Source: a virus (lineage: Duplodnaviria; Caudoviricetes). From it: DNA of 60,638 nucleotides. A program made the position numbers and the translations under genes. The notes beneath the pieces are model-generated. The model saw only the letters and a program-made list of their open reading frames with translations. It had not been told where the DNA came from and ran no database searches. Below are positions 53,439 through 60,638 of the stretch, piece by piece (the first letter of the stretch is position 1; each line of letters begins with the position of its first letter). The stretch lies in IMG/VR virus record IMGVR_UViG_3300046508_000016, positions 1-60,638 of that record. One strand, given 5' to 3'.

Positions 53439-55547
53439 TCACGTAGTTCCTGGTGGTGGAGGAAGGTGCATAGCCCGTGCGCCGCCCGCGGCACCCATAT
53501 AGGACGCTGGCAGAACATTGGCACCCGGCAATGGCGTAGGCGAACCGCCTTGTCCGCCCTGTTGAGGAGGCATCGGTTGCCCATCTGGTCCGACTTGCTG
53601 CTGTTGTGCGGCTTGCTGCGCCGCCACAAACTTTTGCAGAGCTTCGCGGACGCTGGCAATCACAGGCTCGGTAGGCATTTCGTAGGCGTCACCCACCATG
53701 CGCACTAGAGCCAAGTACGGCTCGTAATCCTGCATCGAGGTGCAGATCGAAAAGACCTGTTGCCCAAGCATCGTGTACAACTGCTGGGCGTTCTCTTGTT
53801 GAAGCTGCTTGTTGCGTCTTCGACCCGAGCCCGCCTCGATGGTGTATTCGCACTCTGCGGCGGCAATCCAAGGATCGTTGGTGGTTACACCGGACTCTTC
53901 GTTCATCCAAAACGATGTAAGCGCCCCGTAGACTGGATTGGGAATGTCGCCTTCCGCTTCCTTGCCAGTCACGGGGTCCATGATCTTCTCGCCAAACAGG
54001 AAGGATACAGTTTCGGCGGAAAGCAACAGGCGAGCGGCAATGGCTTCGCCTTCAGAAACTTCGCTACCCCATGCCTCTACTTTGTCAGCATACTCGTCAG
54101 GCCGACGGCTCAAGCCTGCTTGTCGAATACCGGAAGCCTTTGCCGACCGTTCCTGTGTCTGCGGAGAAGCGCCTGCCCACGACTCGTCCAACCCGGTCAT
54201 CTCGCGGAATGCCGAGTCGGCTAACTGCAAGATTGTGAACACGTCCTTGTTGGTCTCTGGGAATTGGATAAAGTCGAGATATTCCTTGAGGGCCTTGCCG
54301 ACATCGGCCTCGGAAATGGCTACGACTGGCATCTGCTCACGTCCCTTGAGTGCCGTCTTTACTGCCTCCTCAAGGGCTTGCGACGTGACAGTGACAATCT
54401 GGCCGATCTTCTCGGCGCGGACCATTAGCCCCTGATAGATCGTGTCGATGAACCGCAGCAGCGGCAATGCTGGCTCAAGAATCGGCCGTGGCCAAGGACA
54501 TCCAACTTGTGGCTTGAAGTCGATACACTTGACTGGCCACGGATTTGTGGTGTTGCCGTAGGTGGCGATCGGCCAAGCGAGCAGTCCCTTGAGTTCCTGA
54601 AGCAGCGCGGCAGGATTCTCGGCAAACGTGTTGATTTTCTCGGAGTCCATACCGAGAGGATGGTCTACTCCCGGCATAATCGCAAAGTGAACGTAGAGAC
54701 CAATCTGTTCAAAGGCCGTAGCCAACGCTCCATCGCTAAGCATGTCGTCGGGAGCGTTTACTAACTTGTCGCCGATGCCCATTACGCTCCAGATTTCGTA
54801 GTAGGTGGCGAGGTCGGAGTTGTTGGTTGTGTCGTGATTGGCAGAAGCCGAGGCCCGCGACATCGCCGTCTGGGCGTTGGCGCGGATGTTCTTTACATCT
54901 TCACTCCAAAGGCTGGCAATCTTCCACGAAACCTGTTGACGCTTGCGGATGATGAATCCCGCCTCTCGCAGCTTGCGACAGTCGCTATCAATTAGCAGGT
55001 TGTCTACCGAGTCAGCCATGCTGCCGGGAACGTCATCGACAGGACCATCTACCATTTCCGTCCACAAACAACCACGTCCCTTTGCTAACGCTTCCCGAAC
55101 AGAAACCTCTCCCTCCTCAGTCAGACCATAGACCTTTGGAAACCACTGCAATGCCGCCTGTAATTCGTAGGACAGCATCGTATCCTTCTTCCGCTGCCCC
55201 TCCTGCATTGACACAATCTCAGGAACCGCGTTCTCCAACTCGGGCGGAATCTGCGGACGGCCGGGCTGCACCAACCTATTCGGAACGCGGGCAAAGACAT
55301 ACGGCGTCAGTGTGTCCACGAACAACTGCGTGTAGTTGACCACCGTAACGTAGTCGGCGGGCATGTCTTCAAGCGGAATGGCGTCTCTCACTTCCACGCG
55401 ATGGTACTGCTTGCCGACATAGCGCATAATCTCATCGGCGGCATCGCCAAAGTCGCGTGCCTTTGCTTCTTCGCATAGCTTGATCTGGTTATCCCAGAGC
55501 GATGCGATCTTGCCTAGCAGTTCCGAAAGGGGTGAGTCTGCCATCAT
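53439..55547 (-). CDS. Portal protein
   Basis: 702 aa downstream of TerL; helical, TGL.E..G...RSA..S.I motif, Gln/Pro-rich C-tail. Confidence 0.8.
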   Translation of the reverse strand: MMADSPLSELLGKIASLWDNQIKLCEEAKARDFGDAADEIMRYVGKQYHRVEVRDAIPLEDMPADYVTVVNYTQLFVDTLTPYVFARVPNRLVQPGRPQIPPELENAVPEIVSMQEGQRKKDTMLSYELQAALQWFPKVYGLTEEGEVSVREALAKGRGCLWTEMVDGPVDDVPGSMADSVDNLLIDSDCRKLREAGFIIRKRQQVSWKIASLWSEDVKNIRANAQTAMSRASASANHDTTNNSDLATYYEIWSVMGIGDKLVNAPDDMLSDGALATAFEQIGLYVHFAIMPGVDHPLGMDSEKINTFAENPAALLQELKGLLAWPIATYGNTTNPWPVKCIDFKPQVGCPWPRPILEPALPLLRFIDTIYQGLMVRAEKIGQIVTVTSQALEEAVKTALKGREQMPVVAISEADVGKALKEYLDFIQFPETNKDVFTILQLADSAFREMTGLDESWAGASPQTQERSAKASGIRQAGLSRRPDEYADKVEAWGSEVSEGEAIAARLLLSAETVSFLFGEKIMDPVTGKEAEGDIPNPVYGALTSFWMNEESGVTTNDPWIAAAECEYTIEAGSGRRRNKQLQQENAQQLYTMLGQQVFSICTSMQDYEPYLALVRMVGDAYEMPTEPVIASVREALQKFVAAQQAAQQQQVGPDGQPMPPQQGGQGGSPTPLPGANVLPASYMGAAGGARAMHLPPPPGTT

Positions 55548-55553
55548 GCTTCC

Positions 55554-55922
55554 TTATGCGGGTTGCTTGCGTCCACGCGCTGACGGCACAACCAAATCCT
55601 CTAGGCCAGCTTCAAGGCGGATCAGTTTCTTTTCGATGTCGGCGAGGCGTAGTCGGTCGGCGCGTCGCTCGATCTCTCCCGCCGCCAAGCGGAAAACGCC
55701 ACGCCCCGGTTCCGCCCAGATACGAGTTGTCGTGATGCGGGGATCGTCGGCGTGGAGGCAGTCGGAGCGGTATTCGATGTGGTTGTCAAAGTGAACCGCG
55801 ATGTCACACGAATTGTTCTTTGGCACCATAACCTTGCCGTAGCGCCACTGGTCGGGAACTTCGTTCGGGTTGGTGGAAAATACAACGTCGTCACCGGCTC
55901 GAATCTCGGGATAGAAACTCAC
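55554..55922 (-). CDS. Hypothetical protein
   Basis: AAGGA SD; between TerL and portal. Confidence 0.7.
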   Translation of the reverse strand: MSFYPEIRAGDDVVFSTNPNEVPDQWRYGKVMVPKNNSCDIAVHFDNHIEYRSDCLHADDPRITTTRIWAEPGRGVFRLAAGEIERRADRLRLADIEKKLIRLEAGLEDLVVPSARGRKQPA

Positions 55923-55945
55923 GTCATTGTCCTTTGTGTGGTGGG

Positions 55946-57688
55946 TTAGCGGAGGGCGTATTCTCGGCGGCGTTGTTCACGCCGCTTGGATTGTTTGGAA
56001 ACGAAAACGTCGAAGGCTGTAATCTTTTTCTCCTCAACTATTTCCTCCACCTCGGGAGTGAAGTAAGAGAGACTTCCCGCGGCGGCGTATTCGAGGTCGT
56101 CGAGAAAGTCTTGCGGAACCTTGAGGTTCTTAAGCCTCTTAGTAGGATTCTTCGGGTCGGTCTGCGCCCGGCGAATCTGCTTGTCCAGTTCCGGCAAGAT
56201 GCCACGCATGACGCGAAGTTCTGACGTGCCAGCGAATGCACCGCTGCCACGTACTTCCATCTTGGATTGCAGTGCCAGCGTGCGGGCATCAACGTCGTTG
56301 CTGCCTGGGATAAAGCCTTCCATCTGGCCGAGGCGGCGAAACTGTACGTCTAGTTCCTTGAGAGCTTCGCTGTATTCGTGGGCGACGGTGTGAATCTCGC
56401 GGCCCTGGAGCTTGCACGATCCCATCTGCTGGTCGATTACGCGGGCCTCAAACTTCACTCCGTTTTGTCGCTCCTTTACCTTGGCTGCCCATTCGCGTGC
56501 CGTCATGCCAGTCACGTCGAAACCGTCGTAGACCGTCAAGTATTGTTCGTCTGGGTCTATGGCGATAAACAGCGTTGTGCAATGATTGATGGCTGGATCG
56601 AGAATCACATAGCGGGCGAACACTCGCGGGTCGATTTCAAACGGTTCGCAGCCGTGGCCGCTACCGTTCTCAGAATCGCCCATCGGGTTGTATGTGCCGT
56701 AGATGCGGCGAACGTGACTGGCTGGAATGCCGTGGTATCGCGTTGCCCGTTCTTCCTCCCGTAAGCCTTGTAAGAACTCGGCGCGGGCTTCGGGTGTGAA
56801 ATACGGGTTGTCCTCAATCAAAAACACAAACTGCCTGACGAAATCAGATTCAGGCTCGGCTAGGGCTTTGTCTCGCAGTTCTCCGAGGTCAACATTTGAC
56901 ACCTGCGAAGTTGCCGACCAAATGCCCTTCGGGCGATGCTTAATGGTTTCGTGCAGTCGCGTCAAACCGCGATGGGCTTCGGTGTAGAACTCGGTCGATG
57001 GCATTTCTTCGTCGAATCGCACAAACGAGTAGTGCGATCCAAGTTCTGGATCACCGGCGGCGGATTGCCACAGGCTATGCCACCCATTGTTTAGGCGAAT
57101 GGTGCGAGGAACTTCCGGCAAGTCAAAAGAGATGTGAGCGACCATTCGGGGTGGAATGAGCGGCGGAGCGTCTTTCCACTTCTCGCGGTAGGCTTCATCG
57201 TATTCCTGCAAGCGATTGGGGTGGTTGCGGTCCCAGCGAACTGTACGATATAGGCCGGTATGCTCATCTTGGATAATTTTGAACGCACCTTCACAAAACA
57301 TCGACCGATAAATCTGCGATAGATTCTTTCTTTCTAGGCCGACAAACAAGGCGTATCCATTGGTCTTGTCGTACTTGTCGTATGGATCAGTCCCGGTCAT
57401 TGCGCGGGAGTTTTCTGCTGAGGCCGAAAAAGATTTGGTGCTGCGATTGCCGCCGTCAGCGAGACGCCATACGGCATTGCAGGCGTGAAATTGTTCCGCC
57501 AAGTAGCTGGCTGGTTCATAGAATCTTAAGCCTTCGTACTCGCGCGACAGTAGCCGCTTGGCAAGTGCGAGACGTTCGGCATACAGGGAAGACAACGATG
57601 GCAAGGCAACCGGCCTTTGTGGGTGTGCCTCCCGCATCTGCTCCTCAAGAGCCTTTCGCATGTCGGCGGTGATCGCGGGCGAAATCAT
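55946..57688 (-). CDS. terL: Terminase large subunit
   Basis: Walker A GGNRSTKS, Walker B VRFDEE, SAT coupling motif, DNPY, nuclease ILDP...D..D.LEY. Confidence 0.93.
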   Translation of the reverse strand: MISPAITADMRKALEEQMREAHPQRPVALPSLSSLYAERLALAKRLLSREYEGLRFYEPASYLAEQFHACNAVWRLADGGNRSTKSFSASAENSRAMTGTDPYDKYDKTNGYALFVGLERKNLSQIYRSMFCEGAFKIIQDEHTGLYRTVRWDRNHPNRLQEYDEAYREKWKDAPPLIPPRMVAHISFDLPEVPRTIRLNNGWHSLWQSAAGDPELGSHYSFVRFDEEMPSTEFYTEAHRGLTRLHETIKHRPKGIWSATSQVSNVDLGELRDKALAEPESDFVRQFVFLIEDNPYFTPEARAEFLQGLREEERATRYHGIPASHVRRIYGTYNPMGDSENGSGHGCEPFEIDPRVFARYVILDPAINHCTTLFIAIDPDEQYLTVYDGFDVTGMTAREWAAKVKERQNGVKFEARVIDQQMGSCKLQGREIHTVAHEYSEALKELDVQFRRLGQMEGFIPGSNDVDARTLALQSKMEVRGSGAFAGTSELRVMRGILPELDKQIRRAQTDPKNPTKRLKNLKVPQDFLDDLEYAAAGSLSYFTPEVEEIVEEKKITAFDVFVSKQSKRREQRRREYALR

Positions 57689-58005
57689 TTTTGGTCGCTT
57701 GGCTCTTGTTGGCAAATCTGCTGATCCAGCGCCTTCAGTCGCAGCAACACCTGCTCATCGTTCAGGAGTTCGCTTTGGTTGTCGGCCTCGCCGTACTGTC
57801 CCATCAACTTCAGCACGTTGTTCATCAGGTTAATCTTGGACGCCACGGGAACATCGTCGTCCATGACGATCTGTCCGAGAATCTTGCCCATCGCTTCCTC
57901 GCCATTCACCTCCGCGACAAAGCCGCGCAACACACGCTGCAAGGAAAGCGTCACCTCTCCTTTAGCGTCGGCGAGTTGGGCAACTATTTGCTCTGCGCTG
58001 GGCAT
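57685..58005 (-). CDS. Putative terminase small subunit
   Basis: Helical 106-aa gene translationally coupled to TerL. Confidence 0.55.
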   Translation of the reverse strand: MPSAEQIVAQLADAKGEVTLSLQRVLRGFVAEVNGEEAMGKILGQIVMDDDVPVASKINLMNNVLKLMGQYGEADNQSELLNDEQVLLRLKALDQQICQQEPSDQK

Positions 58006-58304
58006 TGAATGCGTGCCTCCGTAGCGTCGATAGTGGCAACGATTCGTTCCCGTCCGTCGCCGGGCTTCCAGTGGTGTGGCGTCAGCGTCCCAGCTACGTC
58101 AACGAGATCGCCTTGCGATGCGTTGGCCACTACGCCAGCTAGTTCCTTGCGACACACCACGGCGAACTCCTCTCCATTCACTAGCAGCATCACGCGGCAG
58201 ATAGGCTCTCCGAGGGCGTGGGATAGATTAGGCGATCGCTTGACGGTGCCGACGATTCGGCAGGTTGCGAGGTGATGCGGCGAATATCCAGGGCGCTCAG
58301 CCAT
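57984..58304 (-). CDS. Single-stranded DNA-binding (OB-fold) protein
   Basis: IVGTV...P, VVC...A, GDLV.V.G.L...W...G; lacks acidic tail. Confidence 0.7.
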   Translation of the reverse strand: MAERPGYSPHHLATCRIVGTVKRSPNLSHALGEPICRVMLLVNGEEFAVVCRKELAGVVANASQGDLVDVAGTLTPHHWKPGDGRERIVATIDATEARIQCPAQSK

Positions 58305-58597
58305 CGCTTGCCCTCACAGAGCGTGCAGTCAACTGTCGGTGAACAACTGCAAGGAACAGAAGGGACCGACTCCAAGATTGCCGCATTGAGGTCACGAAAC
58401 AGTTCGTGAATACGGTCGGTGGGCAGCATTTCGCCAATCTTCGGATCATGCTCCATCTCCCGTAATGCCACGTCCAATGCGTTCAATCGTTCGGCGAACT
58501 CAAAGAGCCGCGCGCGAATCTTGAATGGGACGGCGAGGCGGGTTGACACTCGCCGTCCCAGTGCGTCGATGGGATACCCCAGGGGTTCCCGTTTCAT
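58190..58597 (-). CDS. Hypothetical Zn-finger protein
   Basis: DALG, C.C...C.LC.G.RW; its 3' part overlaps the SSB-like gene. Confidence 0.55.
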   Translation of the reverse strand: MKREPLGYPIDALGRRVSTRLAVPFKIRARLFEFAERLNALDVALREMEHDPKIGEMLPTDRIHELFRDLNAAILESVPSVPCSCSPTVDCTLCEGKRWLSALDIRRITSQPAESSAPSSDRLIYPTPSESLSAA

Positions 58598-58600
58598 GGA

Positions 58601-59275
58601 TCACGCCTCTTCGGCTTGGATGCCAGCTTTGACGTAAATCAGCGCCAAGTGGGCATGGGTCGTGGTGTCGATGTCGCCCGTCACGGCCACATCGGCGGTT
58701 CCTACAACGGCATCCGTGGCGACAGCCGGGCCGACGTGGCCAGTGGCATCGGAGACGGACACGGGACCGTGAGCGGCAAGAGTTACCGAGTCGGCTGGAG
58801 TCACGACGGCTGGGCCTTCTTCGACCACCCAGAACCAGTCGTACTTGGCAAACACCGTGCCTACGGGGTAGCCGCCGTGGATCGGTTTTCCAACGCCGCC
58901 GTCAACGCTGGTAGCCGTGGCGACAACGCCAAACTGTCCGGCAGTGGCGTCGAAACCCATGATCTGCCCGATGCAGGTCGTGGTGATGGCAGCGCCCGCC
59001 TGAACGCAACGGAGTTTGCCGGGGAGATTGGTGCCCGCAGCACAGTAGTATCCCGCCACGGTGCCCTTGGCAGCGGCATTGCTGTTGACGGTCGTGTTGG
59101 CCATCGGCACGTCGATGTACTCGACAACCAACCCAGCCAAATCCTTGTGGTAGGGCGTGGCTTCGTTGAAGTCGCCGGTGGCAGTCGGAAGTTGGGACAC
59201 CAACCCGACAGGTCCGGCGATTGTCACGCCGTCCGCAGCCGTGTGGCCCAAGGGAAACGGAAGATTCGAGTTCAT
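58601..59275 (-). CDS. Capsid decoration / cement protein
   Basis: Directly after the MCP; PFPLG, D.FWVVEEGP; GAGG SD. Confidence 0.7.
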   Translation of the reverse strand: MNSNLPFPLGHTAADGVTIAGPVGLVSQLPTATGDFNEATPYHKDLAGLVVEYIDVPMANTTVNSNAAAKGTVAGYYCAAGTNLPGKLRCVQAGAAITTTCIGQIMGFDATAGQFGVVATATSVDGGVGKPIHGGYPVGTVFAKYDWFWVVEEGPAVVTPADSVTLAAHGPVSVSDATGHVGPAVATDAVVGTADVAVTGDIDTTTHAHLALIYVKAGIQAEEA

Positions 59276-59338
59276 GGTATTTTTACCTCAAAGGGTTCTA
59301 AGCAAAAGCAAAAGCGAAACAGCCTCGATTCCTCGGGA

Positions 59339-60511
59339 TCAGGTTCCTGCGGCGGTGGCGGGAACCAGGCACGGGAAGTACCGCGGCGATCGGAACAACA
59401 TCTGGTGGTAGCTGTCCAAGAGGAACAAGTCGTCCGATGTGCGGATGTCGTGATCCTCGGTGCGCTCGACCAGTTGCGACTGGAGCAAGCGAAGCTCCAT
59501 CTTGCTCCAAGTGAAGCCCTGGGCCATGCCGTCGGGCACGCCGTAGCCAGTCAAAAGGGACCAGCCATTGTATTCGAGGTCTTTGAATCCAAGCGAACGC
59601 ATTTCGCTCGAATCGGAAACCACGAATCGCTGATTGTCGATGAGGCTGTTCTTCGCCCGCATCATCAGGTCGGCGTCGAGAATCCACGTATCGACCGGCT
59701 CTTTCATCAGCTTGGTCTGGTACGTGTCGATGGCGTTGAACGCCTGTTGCCACTGCGTATCCCAACTGTGCGTCGAGCTACTTCCGGTCGGGGTGAAGTA
59801 GGTCGAGTTATAGTTGCCGATAAGCTCGGTCCAAAACATATACCCCTCGGGAAACTGGCCCGCGGGATACGCAACGTCGTCGGCACCGCTCCAGCGATTG
59901 ACCTTGTTGCCGAGGGTCGTACTCAGGCCGGCGTAGGTGCGGGCAGAAGTCGGTTGGCAGTTCCACCAATCGTTGGCGTCAACCGGTGACAGTTCAGTGT
60001 AGCTGCCGAGTTGGTTGTAGCACTCGTCGGCGCTCAAGGTCGAAGAGGCACCGTGCAATGACATCACACCGTACATGCCGGAACCGGTGATCGTGCCGTC
60101 GTTCCACATCTTCAAGCCGAGGTCAACGCCGAAATCGTCCATCAACTCCAGCATCGTGGACTTGACGAGGTTGGAAATCTGCGTTGCTGAGTTCGAGTTA
60201 ACCAAACGCTCCAGCTTGCTGATCTTCTCCGTCATGTCGTAGCCGGTCCAGTCGATCTGCGCGTGCAGCTTCGTGTTGGTGGCGACGAAGGCGCGGTCGG
60301 TCGTATTGCCGCCGATCTCGCGCAGCTTGCGGCGAATGTACGGCACGTCCCAGTTAAGGGCCTTGCCGATTTCGCCGGCCTTGTACTTGATGAGTCCGCG
60401 ATGCCGCATCATTGCCATCAAGGGATTGGCGCGTAAGATCGGCTCTTCTTTTTCCTTGAGCCACGCATTGAGCGTGGACGTTTGCACTCTTGTCGGAAGG
60501 GTAAAGCCCAT
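59339..60511 (-). CDS. Major capsid protein
   Basis: 390 aa; W.GY, I...E.L.N, ..DG motifs of HK97-fold capsids; AGGAG SD. Confidence 0.85.
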   Translation of the reverse strand: MGFTLPTRVQTSTLNAWLKEKEEPILRANPLMAMMRHRGLIKYKAGEIGKALNWDVPYIRRKLREIGGNTTDRAFVATNTKLHAQIDWTGYDMTEKISKLERLVNSNSATQISNLVKSTMLELMDDFGVDLGLKMWNDGTITGSGMYGVMSLHGASSTLSADECYNQLGSYTELSPVDANDWWNCQPTSARTYAGLSTTLGNKVNRWSGADDVAYPAGQFPEGYMFWTELIGNYNSTYFTPTGSSSTHSWDTQWQQAFNAIDTYQTKLMKEPVDTWILDADLMMRAKNSLIDNQRFVVSDSSEMRSLGFKDLEYNGWSLLTGYGVPDGMAQGFTWSKMELRLLQSQLVERTEDHDIRTSDDLFLLDSYHQMLFRSPRYFPCLVPATAAGT

Positions 60512-60638
60512 AGGTCGTTGCTCCTACACTGGAGTATTTTGTGTTGTTCTTGGAGGATGTAGTGTGTGGAGCATGTCGTGGAGAGTGAGTAAAAAAGGCG
60601 GGAACTTGGATTGTCTGGTTGTGCAGATCGTCGTTCCC

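Larger units (their letters stand above)
1..60638 (-). mobile_element. Tailed dsDNA bacteriophage genome segment (partial), unidirectional gene organisation
   Basis: Capsid, terminase, portal, tail, ERF/YqaJ/RusA genes; tightly packed minus-strand ORFs with ATGA/TGATG overlaps; no host housekeeping genes. Confidence 0.96.

Noticed and set aside
58616-59989. 457-aa plus-strand ORF, and other long plus-strand ORFs (16923-17834, 20546-21502, 29540-30538, 34688-35734, 36735-37577)
   Set aside because: Antisense shadows of well-supported minus-strand genes in GC-rich DNA; no recognisable motifs
1-60638. Alternative genetic code or prophage att/integrase
   Set aside because: Genes are full-length in code 11 and all three stop codons are used; no integrase or host flank in the window

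Overview
The window is about 60 kb of a tailed dsDNA bacteriophage (Caudoviricetes) genome. Every credible gene lies on the minus strand. The host is inferred to be a Planctomycetota-like Gram-negative bacterium (CsrA type, papain-like secreted protease, secreted Arg-rich small protein); this is not proven. In transcription order (right to left): major capsid, decoration protein, SSB-like, terminase small and large subunits, portal, neck and short tail module ending in a Ser/Glu/Gly-repeat tail protein and a multidomain Stealth/methyltransferase enzyme; a sigma70-type promoter and early/replication module (MT-A70 methyltransferase with a PD-(D/E)xK nuclease, a structured ncRNA cluster with a tRNA-like RNA, CsrA with a GGA-dense leader, SMC-like ATPase, ERF, YqaJ, replication initiator, HNH, RusA, DUF5131, PAPS reductase, C5 methyltransferase-like); a late module of exported and membrane proteins with a papain-like protease, a metacaspase and two HNH genes sharing an identical 80-bp 5' end; a phage sigma factor; a 1347-aa fibre-like protein, an SGNH esterase and a head-spike base; a seven-gene glycosyltransferase/radical-SAM/methyltransferase operon; an HTH gene with a structured leader; a ~600-bp non-coding control region; and small early genes separated by repeated hairpins. 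No integrase, canonical tRNA, CRISPR array, reverse transcriptase or recognisable peptidoglycan hydrolase was seen. Best candidates for undescribed systems: a phage-encoded Csr RNA regulatory circuit, a virion glycosylation/tailoring system, and a protease-based lysis cassette. All product calls come from motif recognition by eye, without database searches.
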